64,000 nt of DNA from Pyrinomonadaceae bacterium. GTDB lineage: Bacteria > Acidobacteriota > Blastocatellia > Pyrinomonadales > Pyrinomonadaceae. This document shows positions 55,236 through 64,000 of the stretch, piece after piece; the stretch's first letter is position 1; the number at the start of each line of letters is the position of its first letter. The stretch spans positions 4,242 through 68,241 of the forward strand of contig JBGTMR010000184.1 in NCBI GenBank assembly GCA_041743485.1. The letters are read 5' to 3'. The notes below the pieces were generated by a model. That model was not told the origin of the DNA, did not search any database, and saw nothing but the letters and a program-made list of their open reading frames with translations. The translations under genes and the position numbers were made by a program.

Positions 55236-55796
55236 CCTATCGGCTACTTTCATATCGACATTGCTGAAGTTTGCACCGAGCAGGGGCGGCTCTATCTGTT
55301 TGTCGCCATTGACCGCACGTCCAAATTCGTTTATGCCGAACTACATGCCGATCAAACTCGCGCGACCGCCTGTCAGTTTTTGCGTCAGTTGATCGCTGCC
55401 GTGCCTTATCACATTCACACTATTCTCACCGACAACGGCATCCAGTTTACCAATCGCTTGAAGGATAAATGGGCATTCAAGCATCTATTCGACCGCATTT
55501 GTGAAGAACATAAGATCGAACACCGGCTGACGAAAATCAATCATCCATGGACTAATGGACAAGTCGAGCGAATGAACCGAACCATCAAAGAAGCGACGGT
55601 CAAAGGCTACCACTACGAAACGCATCAGCAACTAAAAGAACATCCCTCGCAATTTCTGATGGCTTATAACTTTGCCAAGCGTCTCAAGACTTTGAAGGGA
55701 CTGACGCCATATGAGCAAATCAGCAGATGGTGGCAAAAGGAGCCAGGACGCTTTAAGCTTAATTTACACCATCACACTATGGGACTAAACACCTAG
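55236..55796 (+). pseudogene. IS481-family transposase gene, 3' (integrase-core) part only
   Basis: ...PIGYFHIDIAEVCTEQGRLYLFVAIDRTSKFVYAEL...ILTDNGIQFT...HPWTNGQVERMNRTIKE is an rve core. The upstream HTH part is missing, and the IS701-like element abuts its 5' end. Confidence 0.7.
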
Positions 55797-56809
55797 TACC
55801 ATTGCTGGCAACATTCAGACATCTGCTCATGGCAAGTCCAAGGGTCTGCGCCGAACTCCACGTACTGCGCTTCGTGGTAACCGATGTAGCTCCATGTATG
55901 CTCCGACCCAACACCCGGAATAATACAATCGATTGCGAGAGGCGCAATCGCTATGCAAGCCGGATCGGCACAACCCAATGGTGAACTACGGCAGCATGAA
56001 TCATGTGCTTTCGCTCCGAGAGTAACTTTACCGCTTGCTGTATGTACAGCAGTTCCCCGGTAAGTGACTGGATTTACTGATTCTTCTTCGCATCTCTCTA
56101 GGCACACCACTTCCATTGCCGGATTCCGGTATCCTTCCCGGCAGCTTGTCGGTCCGTATTCAATGTTCGGCGTGCCAACCCACTCGTGCCTCCAATTGCC
56201 GCACCCACCACCGCATCGCCCGAAGCAGTCGCCAACCTGCGCCCCGTCATCCTTCGGCTTGACCACGCCGTCCTGCAAGCCTTTATGTGTTAGAGCCGCA
56301 GCGTGTGCATCGTCATCGCCGCCGTGTGCCGGGGGGCGTGCGTAGTTATGTGACAGAGAGAGTCGCGGCGACAAACTTTTAACGACGTAGCCACCCTGCT
56401 GACTAAGTTGGTAATCAGGTGTGTCAACATACATGCATTGGAAACGCTCGCAGTCTATCGGTTGAGGAATCAGCGGCGGATGTTCCGCGCGAGCCACATT
56501 AACTGCTGGAGATTTATCTATGCTTAAGAGACTGCGGCGCTTCTTGCCGAGTTGCCGCGCCCTTTTAAGTTCGCCGCCGCCATACTCGCTGATCGCCGGC
56601 GTAGCGTAGAAGGTCTGCATCGCTTGGTACGGGACTTCCAGCCCGCGCCGCTCTATCTCCAAGTCGTCGCCCGGCGCGAACATGACGAGGTACAACGCGA
56701 GTTTGTGAATCAGTTCACCGTGCGGTGAGGCGGCAAGTTGACCCATCGCATCCGCGACAGGTCCATGCATCTCTTCATAGATGAAGCCGTTAACCCACAG
56801 CGTCGGCAC
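55793..56809 (-). CDS. hypothetical Cys-rich protein (16 Cys in the C-terminal ~230 aa)
   Basis: 338-aa ORF with ...GDCFGRCGGGCGNW..., ...AHDSCCRSSPLGCADPAC... and ...WTCHEQMSECCQQWY. Overlaps the upstream ORF by 100 nt in another frame. Its stop shares the CTAG at 55793-55796 with the IS481 remnant. Confidence 0.5.
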   Translation of the reverse strand: MPTLWVNGFIYEEMHGPVADAMGQLAASPHGELIHKLALYLVMFAPGDDLEIERRGLEVPYQAMQTFYATPAISEYGGGELKRARQLGKKRRSLLSIDKSPAVNVARAEHPPLIPQPIDCERFQCMYVDTPDYQLSQQGGYVVKSLSPRLSLSHNYARPPAHGGDDDAHAAALTHKGLQDGVVKPKDDGAQVGDCFGRCGGGCGNWRHEWVGTPNIEYGPTSCREGYRNPAMEVVCLERCEEESVNPVTYRGTAVHTASGKVTLGAKAHDSCCRSSPLGCADPACIAIAPLAIDCIIPGVGSEHTWSYIGYHEAQYVEFGADPWTCHEQMSECCQQWY

Positions 56810-57285
56810 GGGTTCGGTCGTGTCTCGCCCGTGAGGGGGTGTGCAACCGGAGCGCGCTCCGCTTCGGCATACTCGATGAGGATCACGCCATTTTGATTCA
56901 TGATGCGCGCCTTGAGATGATCGCCGACGCGCTTAGAAGTGAAGGTGATTTTTGCGCCGGAAGTTTTATCAACCATAAAGCCGGCAATGCCGCGATGCGA
57001 GATGGCGGCGGTGAGAAAGAAGGAAAGCCGTGAGCGCAGCGACTTAACCTGTTGGGTAAGCGAGATTAACTCAGTGACTTTCGTTTGAGCTTGCCGCAAT
57101 GGGGCGTTGGACTTCTCGCGCGCATCTGCGCGCGCGCGCATGATGTCGGCAGGGGAAAGTTTTTCTATGACAGGGTTAGATTTGTCTTGAGCGGCATTTT
57201 GCGCTTCGACAATCCATCTTTCGCCGCACACAATCAGCACAAGTGCCAACAACAGCATCGTGCATTTGAGGGTTGTTCTCCCCAT
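56710..57285 (-). CDS. hypothetical secreted protein (possibly the frameshifted N-terminal part of 55793-56809)
   Basis: ATG 57285 after AAGGAG. Signal peptide MGRTTLKCTMLLLALVLIVCG. The last ~33 codons (CRRCGLTASSMKRCMDLSRMRW...) look out-of-frame. Confidence 0.5.
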   Translation of the reverse strand: MGRTTLKCTMLLLALVLIVCGERWIVEAQNAAQDKSNPVIEKLSPADIMRARADAREKSNAPLRQAQTKVTELISLTQQVKSLRSRLSFFLTAAISHRGIAGFMVDKTSGAKITFTSKRVGDHLKARIMNQNGVILIEYAEAERAPVAHPLTGETRPNPCRRCGLTASSMKRCMDLSRMRWVNLPPHRTVN

Positions 57286-57494
57286 GACTATCTCCTTAAG
57301 GTTCCCGCCCCCGTTTCTGTACACAAAGTACCGCTGAATCGAGGGCAGTGTGGGTTGTAGAGTGTTTCAGGTGAAAGCGACAAATACACGGGATGCTATC
57401 TCTTTAGCAGCGGGACGGCAGAGAGAGAGAACACGCACGAGTGTCGCATGAGATGTTAATCGCTCTTTCGAGCGAAGAAGAAAGGCTCTTTTGA

Positions 57495-58045
57495 ATGAAA
57501 CTAAAGATTCACACCACCGAACAGATTATCGCCAGACTGCGCGAAGTCGAACGCTTCCAATCCGAAGGACAAAGTGTTGCTGAAGCGTGCAAACAGATTG
57601 CCGTTAGCCAACACACATTTTACAAGTGGCGCAAACGCTTCGGCACGATGCAAGAATCGGAAGCCAAACGCCTGAAGGACTTGGAACGCGAGAATGGACA
57701 CCTCAAGAAACTGGTTGCCGATTTATCACTTGATAACCTGATGTTAAAAGAGGTGGCGCAGGGAAAGTGTCTCGCGCCCGACGCGACGGCGGCGGGTGGT
57801 CAAAACCTTGCAAGCGAAGTTTGCAGTCTCACAGCGGCGGGCGTGTCGCGTGGTCGGGCAAAGCCGAGCGAGCCATCGCTATGTGGCGAAGACGAGTGAT
57901 GAACCGCACGCGCTTGACCACACGCCTCCGCGCGCCTCGCCGCCCGCCATCCACGCTATGGCTATCGGAGAATCTCTGCCCTTTTGCGAATGGAAGGCTG
58001 GAGGGTGAATCGTAAAAGAGTGCAAAGAATATGGCGCATCACGCT
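57495..58045 (+). pseudogene. IS3-family transposase remnant (orfA plus frameshifted, truncated start of orfB)
   Basis: orfA reads MKLKIHTTEQIIARLREVE...AEACKQIAVSQHTFYKWRKRFG...LERENGHLKKLVADL. The orfB start ...RHPRYGYRRISALLRMEGWRVNRKRVQRIWR is readable only across shifted frames and stops near 58040. Confidence 0.7.
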
Positions 58046-59103
58046 TGGCGCGGCGTTCGAGGGTGTGGTGGACTGACCAAAGCGAAACAGGAACAAATCA
58101 CTGTTGCCGTTAGTGTCGTTGGCAACTAAGTTCGTAGCGAGACTTGAGAAGACGACGCTCGTGCCGTCAAGACTGATGCGCGGTCTAAGCGACGGTTTGT
58201 TGCCGCTATCCCCATCGGGGGTGACGCTGGCGAGTACGGTCTTGCCCGCTTGCAAGTCGCGCACATAGATGTCAAGCGATTCGGTGTAGAACGCGATACG
58301 CTGCCCGTCGGCACTAATTGACGGCGTGTAGAAAAGTGCCGTGCCAATCGGATAACCGGAGTTGCCGCCGCTGACGATTGAAGTGGTATTGGTTTCCAAG
58401 TTGCGCGCGAAGATGTCCGTCCGGTCGTTGAAGTCGTTCGGAACGAGGTTATTAACCGAACTCTTGAAGATGACGATGCGTCCATCGCCGCTGATCGCCG
58501 AACCGCTCGCGCTGACGTAGCCGGTCGGCTCGCCCGTCACACTGCGGCTGACGAGGCGTGTCGTGTTCGTCAGTAGGTCGCGCACATAGACTTCATTGCG
58601 ATTACGCACGCTATCGGTAGTCAGGTCACTGGCGATGCTCTCAAATGACACATAACGTCCGTCGGAACTGATACTTGGCTGGCTGCTTCTTTGGTCGGCA
58701 CTGCCCGTCCCTGTGCGGTTGATGGAAACAAATGTGGTGGTGTTGGTTATAAGGTCGTGAACAAAGATGTCGTCGGTGTTGTTCGTATCGCTCAGGTTCG
58801 GTACGAGGTCGCTGGCGTAACTGTTGAAAACGATGAAGCGTCCGTCGGTACTCGTCGCCGCCTGACCCGAAGAGTAACTACCTAGCAAATAAGTCTTTCC
58901 GGTGTCGAGGTTGCGGGCGAACATTCCGCCTCTGCCGCTGGCGACGAGGTTGCTGGCTCCGCTCTCGAAGACGACGACGCGCCCGTTGGGACTAAAGGCG
59001 CGCACGACCGTGCCGCCGCCGTTGGCTCCGCCCGTGCCATCGACATTGACGGTGACGAGTGTGGTCGTGTTCGTCTGCAAATCGCGGACGAACAAATTCG
59101 ATA
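58046..59103 (-). pseudogene. internal fragment of a PD40/TolB-like beta-propeller repeat protein gene
   Basis: The unit ...DGR(Y/F/I)V(S/V)F(E/N/K)S.AS(D/N)LV..D.N...DIFV(R/H)DL.TNTTT.VS... is repeated about 7 times. Both ends of ORF 57962-59158 read into flanking IS sequence. Confidence 0.6.
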
Positions 59104-59157
59104 TAGGAACTCTAAATGAACCGTGTAAGATGATAGCCAAAAAGAAGGTGGCTATCA

Positions 59158-60184
59158 ATGAGCAGCTTAGACGAGATCATCAACGAGTCAAGGGATGCGC
59201 GCGAAGTTAAGCGCGCCGTGTGTGTGAAGATGGCATTGAGTGCGATGCCGAGCGTGCAAGTATGCGAGATGCTCAATGTCTCACCGCAGTATGTGAGTAA
59301 GTGGCGTGGGAAGTATGAGGCGGAAGGAGCTGAGAGTTTGTTATTAGCGCATCGTGGCAGCGAGAGTTATCTAAGCGATGAGGGTCGCGCCCAAATAGCG
59401 GCATGGATCACAGAGCATGAGACGATTTCCATCCAAGCCGTGCGCGATTATGTTGAAGAACACTTTGGGGTGGTCTATCAATCGAAGCAATCCTATTACG
59501 AGTTGTTACAGTTGGGCGGGATGAGTTATCACCAGAGCGAGAAGCGAAATCCGAAGCGCGATGAGGCACAAGTCTTAGCACGGCGCGACGAGATTAAAAA
59601 AAGTGGATCACCACCGTGAAGAAATAGAGAACGGTGAAATGGTTGTTTTGCTGGAAGATGAGTGCCATTTGTTGTGGGGAGATTGTTGTGGGTATGTGTG
59701 GGGCAAGTGTGGCGAGGCGATTGAAGTAGTGATACGCAACCAACGTGAGCGACAAAGTTACTATCGGGCGGTCAATCTCGTTTCGCGGGAGTTTCACCGC
59801 AAAGGTTTTTCCGGCGGCAATGGCGAAAACACCGTCGCTTATGTGCGCTCTCTGATGGAACTTTATCGTGGAAAGAGACTGCTGCTGATATGGGATGGAG
59901 CAACTTACCATCGTGACCTTCAATGCCAAGAGTTCTTGGCGGAAGTAAATCAAGGTCTCGAAGAAAAGGATTGGATAGTGACGTGTCTGCGGTTTGCCCC
60001 CAACGCTCCTGACCAAAATCCGGTGGAAGACATTTGGCTGGCAGGCAAGAACTACGTGCGAAAGAAATTCTCAGAGAACAAAACCTTTGCAGCCGTTAAA
60101 AAATCTTTCTGCGATTTCTTGCAAGGCTTCATACTTGATTCGGTGAAGTTCGACTGGTACGCGCCTTCTACACAAACCATTTAG
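59158..60184 (+). CDS. IS630-family transposase (two frames joined at an A7 slippery run)
   Basis: ORF 59158-59619 (HTH part ...VCEMLNVSPQYVSKWRGKYE...) and ORF 59603-60184 (DDE part ...LLEDECHLLWGD...LIWDGATYHR...FAPNAPDQNPVEDIW) overlap at AAAAAAAG. Confidence 0.75.
59596..59603 (+). promoter_or_regulatory. A7G slippery heptamer, putative programmed frameshift site
   Basis: The run of seven A (59596-59602) lies exactly in the overlap of the two transposase frames. Confidence 0.5.
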
Positions 60185-60194
60185 GAAAGCTATA

Positions 60195-60289
60195 TATGAA
60201 CCGAACTTGACGACGTGAACGCGGGGTTTGACAGTGCGTGCTTTGTTGATGGCGTTCTCTAACTTGGCGGCGGTGGTAAGTTGAATCAT
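60195..60289 (-). pseudogene. 5' remnant of a small gene cut by the IS630 insertion
   Basis: MIQLTTAAKLENAINKARTVKPRVHVVKFGSY... starts at ATG 60289, and the frame then runs into the IS630 end. Confidence 0.3.
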
Positions 60290-60428
60290 GGCTTGCTTGT
60301 CTCCGTTTCGTGGTGTGCTTTCGATGTGTGAGATATTAGCACCCCTGCTAGAAACTGTCAAGCTAATAATAGCTACCATGCTGAAAATAACTTGATTATT
60401 TTCCGGCGGGCGTGCTAACTTCTATCGC

Positions 60429-60692
60429 ATGAGCGACAAGATTCTGACCGCGAAGCAAATTGCAGAACGCTATGGCGTTGCTGCGTCAACCGCACGGGCA
60501 TGGTGTCTCAACGGAACACTGCCGGGTGCTTCTCTGAAGGAAACTGAATTAGGGTCTTTTTGGGTTGTGCCGGAAAGCAAGTTAGTGAGCTTCGTGCCTC
60601 CTAAGCCCGGACCTAAGCCGAAGGTTAGCGCGACGAACGGCACGACGAAGCGCACGGCGACCAAAGCGGCGAAGAAAGCTGGAAAGAAATAA
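60429..60692 (+). CDS. helix-turn-helix DNA-binding protein (excisionase/MerR-like) with a basic tail
   Basis: LTAKQIAERYGVAASTARAWCLNG is an HTH. The C-terminal tail is K/P-rich. Confidence 0.7.
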   Translation: MSDKILTAKQIAERYGVAASTARAWCLNGTLPGASLKETELGSFWVVPESKLVSFVPPKPGPKPKVSATNGTTKRTATKAAKKAGKK

Positions 60693-60868
60693 GCGACAAG
60701 AACACAAAGCAATCACCCCAACCGCAGGCACGGATGGTCGAAGATGAGGCGCGCGAACGAGAGAAGAAGCGCGACAGCGGGCGGGGACTCGTCACCATTG
60801 ACACCGGCAAGAAGCTAAAGGAGTCGGCGGTAACAAAAAGCGATAAGAAATAATCAGGAGAAACACTT

Positions 60869-61236
60869 ATGCAGCAACACATCACCATTCTCGGCGCGCT
60901 CTATCTAGGTCTGAGTGCTTTGGGCGTTCTCGCCGCCATAATCGTCTTCGTCAGTGCGGCGGGCGGTGGATTGCTTTCCGGCAATGCCGAAGCCGCAGGA
61001 ATTGCGGCGGGTGCGGGCGGCATCATCGCCATTATCATCCTGATTGTCAGCTACCCGGTCTGCTTGCAGGCTACGGATTGCTTACGCGCAAGCCGTGGGC
61101 GCGCATCGTGGCGATTGTGCTTGGCGCAATCAACCTGCTCAATATCCCGCTTGGGACTATCCTCGGCATATATACCTTGTGGGCAATGCTCAAGCCGGAA
61201 GCGCAGCAGGTGCTAAATAACGGACGACGCTTTTGA
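60869..61236 (+). pseudogene. small membrane protein gene with a frameshift near 61050-61060
   Basis: Frame 1 gives MQQHITILGALYLGLSALGVLAAIIVF...IIAIIILIVS. The sensible continuation ...PGLLAGYGLLTRKPWARIVAIVLGAINLLNIPLGTILGIYTLWAML... is in another frame and ends at TGA 61234-61236. Confidence 0.55.
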
Positions 61237-61306
61237 GCGGGAGCTAAGCTTGTCGGCATCACCAGCCTCTTTGCGCCACTCTGAAATCCGACGACACACA
61301 TAAACT

Positions 61307-62017
61307 ATGTCCTCACGATACCTGATCTTACTAACCTTGATGATGGCTTTCTCATCATCTCCCGCGCTCGCACAATCGCGCCGCACGTCGAACGTTAAGA
61401 CTGCCCCACTCCCTGCTCCCGCCGCGCCGCCGCGTCCGTACACGTCACCGCCGGTACAAGCAGGAACTTTCACGGGTAACACTTTCACACACAACCAACT
61501 CGGCTTCACTTTGACCCTGCCTGACGGCTGGCAAGTGCAAAACGAAGAAGTCAAGAAAGCTATTGTCGATGTCGGTAAAGGCATCCTCAACTCCACACCG
61601 GAGGGCAAAAGCAAACTGCGAAACATCGGTGAGAAGACGATACAGAGTGGGTTGTTATTGTTGACTGTTCGCCCCGGCACGGAGCGCATCAACCCAGCTT
61701 TTGGTATCACCGCCGAGAACATCGCCGTGCATCTGAGCGTCCGCACGCCCCAGCAGTTTTACGCGCGTGCGCGGGAGTTCCTTAATGCCCCGAACGCGCC
61801 GTTTCAGTTTAGCGATGAGTTGGAGATAGAGCAGATAGGCGGTATGACCTACGGCACGGTCGAGGGAAAACCGAAGCAAGAAATTCCGTTTCCGATTAGG
61901 CAACGGTTGTACATTACGATCCGCCACAATCACGCCATTCTCATCAACATGCTGTACGTGTCTGATGAACAGATGCAGCAGTGTTTGGAAGTATTGCGGT
62001 TAATGAAATTTAGTTAA
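61307..62017 (+). CDS. hypothetical secreted protein
   Basis: Signal peptide MSSRYLILLTLMMAFSSSPALA. No family recognised. Confidence 0.65.
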   Translation: MSSRYLILLTLMMAFSSSPALAQSRRTSNVKTAPLPAPAAPPRPYTSPPVQAGTFTGNTFTHNQLGFTLTLPDGWQVQNEEVKKAIVDVGKGILNSTPEGKSKLRNIGEKTIQSGLLLLTVRPGTERINPAFGITAENIAVHLSVRTPQQFYARAREFLNAPNAPFQFSDELEIEQIGGMTYGTVEGKPKQEIPFPIRQRLYITIRHNHAILINMLYVSDEQMQQCLEVLRLMKFS

Positions 62018-62063
62018 TCAATCGCGGAACACACGAACCAAAAGCCGAGGGAGAGTTGAGATA

Positions 62064-62315
62064 ATGAGCGTCACGGAAATACTCGAAGCACTACCCGCCC
62101 TTTCACCCGAAGATCGGGCGCAGGTCAAAGCCTTGCTCGACACCCTGCCGGATCAGTCGGCTGATGCCGAAGATCAGGCGCGACAGACGTTGATGAGAGC
62201 CGGTCTTTTGCGGCGACCACAGGCACGCCGGACGCGCTTCATCGCGAGCGGCGGCACACCTGTTGAAATCAAGGGTGCGCCGCTTTCCGAAACCATTATC
62301 GAGGAGCGAAGATAG
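62064..62315 (+). CDS. type II antitoxin-like protein (VapB-position partner of the PIN toxin)
   Basis: 83 aa. ...LSPEDRAQVKALLD... and a C-terminal ...IKGAPLSETIIEERR. Ends 10 nt before the PIN gene. Confidence 0.65.
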   Translation: MSVTEILEALPALSPEDRAQVKALLDTLPDQSADAEDQARQTLMRAGLLRRPQARRTRFIASGGTPVEIKGAPLSETIIEERR

Positions 62316-62325
62316 CCCAAAGCGA

Positions 62326-62787
62326 ATGGCGACCTACTTCTTTGACAGCAGTGGGCTGGCGAAGCGATACATCACCGAAACCGGCACGGCGTGGGTGAGA
62401 GGGATTACCGATTCATCTTCGGGTGATCGCGTGTACGTCGCTCGCATCACGCTCGTCGAGATTGTCTCGGCGATAGCACGTCGCGGAAGGCGTGGCGACC
62501 TTACGCCGAGTGACATGGCAACGGCACTGACGGATGTGCGTTCCGACTTCAAAGCTTTGTACGAGGTCATCGCCGTCAACGGCAGACTCGTCAACCTTGC
62601 GACCGTCCTTGTGGAAAGACATGCGCTGCGTGCTTACGACTCCGTGCAACTCGCGGCGGCGACTCAGGTAAATTCGGCTTACGTCGGAAATGCGCTACCG
62701 CCCGTGACCTTCGTTTCCGCCGACACAACCTTAAACACAGCGGCGAAGGCGGAAGGCTTAAACGTTGAAGACCCTAACAGTCACTGA
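62326..62787 (+). CDS. vapC: PIN-domain toxin (VapC-like)
   Basis: Start at ATG 62326. The conserved PIN acidic positions are present: MATYFFDSSG (Asp), LVEIVS (Glu), AYDSVQLA (Asp) and SADTTL (Asp). Confidence 0.8.
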   Translation: MATYFFDSSGLAKRYITETGTAWVRGITDSSSGDRVYVARITLVEIVSAIARRGRRGDLTPSDMATALTDVRSDFKALYEVIAVNGRLVNLATVLVERHALRAYDSVQLAAATQVNSAYVGNALPPVTFVSADTTLNTAAKAEGLNVEDPNSH

Positions 62788-62820
62788 CGCGATGCACTCT
62801 GTAGAATGGACTGAAGCGGC

Positions 62821-63618
62821 ATGAAAACTATTGTACTGGCGAACGCCAAAGGCGGAACGGGCAAGACGACATGCGCCGTCAATCTCTCGGCGTGCTTGGC
62901 TCAACATCACGGTAAGCGCGTGCTTGGCATAGACCTCGACTCACAAGGCAACTTCGGCATCAGTTTCGGCATTGATCCGCGTCAACTGAAATTCACCGCT
63001 TACCATTTGCTTACGAGCGAATCGCCCGTTTTAGCTGATTACATCTTGCCGGTCGCCAACAATCTTGACCTTATCCCGAACGCTATCTCCGCCGATTTGG
63101 AACTCCGGCTTGAGAGCAGCCACAACCGCGATTCCCTGCTCCGTCAACGGCTCAGAGGTTTGCGCGGCAAGTATGACTACGTCGTCATCGACACACCGCC
63201 CGCGATGCGAACGGCGACCATGAACGCCATCGTCGCCGCCGACGAAGTGGTGATCGTCGTAGATTGCGGCTACTACGCCCTCTACGGCTTGACCGACCTG
63301 ATGCGCCAAATCGCCCGCGTCTCCGATGCTTACGAGAAGAATGACATCGTGATTCGCGGGCTTCTCAATATGTTCAATCGCGGGCAGAACCTCGACCGCG
63401 ATGTGAAGCGCGAGGTAAGCGAGTTCTTCGGCGGGCTTATGATTCAGACCGTGATTCACAAGAACGTGCGGATCGCTGAAGCGGCAAGTGCGAACCAGCC
63501 GATTATAGACTTCGACTCGGCTGCACCGGGTGCGTTCGATTTCCTGAAACTCAGCAAGGAGCTACTAAGCGAGTATGAACCGGAAACGGAAGTCAGGGCT
63601 TCAAAGCGGATTAAGTGA
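62821..63618 (+). CDS. parA: ParA/Soj-family partition ATPase (second copy)
   Basis: KGGTGKTT deviant Walker A, followed by GIDLDSQGN. Confidence 0.9.
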   Translation: MKTIVLANAKGGTGKTTCAVNLSACLAQHHGKRVLGIDLDSQGNFGISFGIDPRQLKFTAYHLLTSESPVLADYILPVANNLDLIPNAISADLELRLESSHNRDSLLRQRLRGLRGKYDYVVIDTPPAMRTATMNAIVAADEVVIVVDCGYYALYGLTDLMRQIARVSDAYEKNDIVIRGLLNMFNRGQNLDRDVKREVSEFFGGLMIQTVIHKNVRIAEAASANQPIIDFDSAAPGAFDFLKLSKELLSEYEPETEVRASKRIK

Positions 63619-64000
63619 AATCGTCGCACGCCAAACGGCGCCGATTGAACACAAGCAAGTGACGAGTGCGAGCCTCTTGGATCGGTTCAAAGAACCGGCA
63701 CCACAATCATCTCAAGCCATAGCCCCTGCAAATTCTGCACCCCCTGAAGAATTTGCAGCCCCTGCAAAAATTGACTCTCAGCCCCTGCAATTTTCAGCGG
63801 CTGAAGAATTTGCAGCCCCTGCAATTTTTTCACACCCTGAGCAGCATACACGCATTCCGAACGAGCTTTTCGAGGTCGTCTTGCCAACCTTAAAAACATC
63901 GGAGCAGGCGGTGTTGTTACGCCTGTATCGGCTCACGCGCGGCTTCCATAAAGCAACATGTCAGGTAAGCATGAGAACGCTCGCAAAGGCTTGTAATCTA
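63575..64000 (+). CDS. ParA-associated protein with a phage-O/DnaD-like winged-helix region (partial, runs off the window)
   Basis: Not in the ORF track because it has no stop. ATG 63575 overlaps the parA end by 44 nt. My translation is MNRKRKSGLQSGLSEIVARQ...PEEFAAPAKIDSQPLQFSAAEEFAAPAIFSHPEQHTRIPNELFEVVLPTLKTSEQAVLLRLYRLTRGFHKATCQVSMRTLAKACNL. Confidence 0.65.
   Translation, partial: MNRKRKSGLQSGLSEIVARQTAPIEHKQVTSASLLDRFKEPAPQSSQAIAPANSAPPEEFAAPAKIDSQPLQFSAAEEFAAPAIFSHPEQHTRIPNELFEVVLPTLKTSEQAVLLRLYRLTRGFHKATCQVSMRTLAKACNL
63721..63830 (+). repeat. direct and palindromic repeats inside the parA-downstream gene
   Basis: The exact 24-mer CTGAAGAATTTGCAGCCCCTGCAA occurs at 63744-63767 and 63801-63824. 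Each contains TTTGCAG-CCC-CTGCAA inverted arms. Extra AGCCCCTGCAA half-sites are at 63721 and 63780. Confidence 0.85.

Larger units (their letters stand above)
59104..60192 (+). mobile_element. IS630-family insertion sequence with TA target duplication
   Basis: The ends TAGGAACTCTAAATG (59104-) and CATTTAGGAAAGCTA (-60192) are imperfect inverted repeats. TA flanks both sides (59102-03 and 60193-94). A two-ORF transposase lies inside. Confidence 0.7.

Noticed and set aside
55793-56300. Phospholipase A2-like reading of CGGGCG (Ca loop) and AHDSCC (HD dyad) in the Cys-rich protein
   Set aside because: The two motifs are about 75 residues apart, against about 20 in secreted PLA2s, and the surrounding Cys pattern does not match. 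The support is too weak.

Overview
GC-rich bacterial window with Gram-negative envelope features (TonB-dependent receptor, Tat signal, lipoboxes). I saw no rRNA, tRNA or CRISPR array. All family names come from motif patterns read by eye in the translations, not from searches. Start codons are often uncertain because the ORF track extends each ORF to the furthest ATG/GTG/TTG.

- **1-22.5 kb:** a minus-strand redox island. It holds two Mo-hydroxylase large subunits (one within a PaoABC-like FeS/FAD/Mo operon), RidA, a quinone oxidoreductase, 4 SDRs, 4 NmrA-like proteins, an aldo-keto reductase and a cupin. Regulators are a LytS/LytTR two-component system, an Rrf2 regulator and a sigma54 activator with a decayed N-terminus. 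An IS982-type element interrupts the island.
- **22.6-32.2 kb:** a mobile, plasmid-like backbone. It carries a GT2 gene remnant, a tyrosine integrase, Fic, ParA plus a winged-helix partner, 11 iterons, a large Rep protein, and an IS256 remnant cut by a decayed IS3.
- **32.3-37.5 kb:** a regulator cluster. It holds a receiver-like protein whose catalytic residues are replaced by Cys, Crp/Fnr, an ECF sigma factor, a zinc-ribbon peptide, a sigma54 activator without a sensor domain, and a TPR lipoprotein.
- **38.2-52.4 kb:** the most interesting locus. Two convergent DUF4331+TPR modules surround an 800-aa NicO-type fusion transporter, a SodC-like lipoprotein, a 67-aa peptide that is 33% His, a MITE and a TonB-dependent receptor. 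I read it as an undescribed envelope transition-metal system.
- **52.85-60.2 kb:** an IS graveyard with IS3, IS4/IS701, IS481, IS3-type and IS630 elements. They enclose a Cys-rich secreted-protein gene and a PD40 repeat fragment.
- **60.4-64 kb:** a second plasmid/phage-like module with an HTH protein, a VapBC-like pair, a second ParA and a partial winged-helix gene containing embedded repeats.
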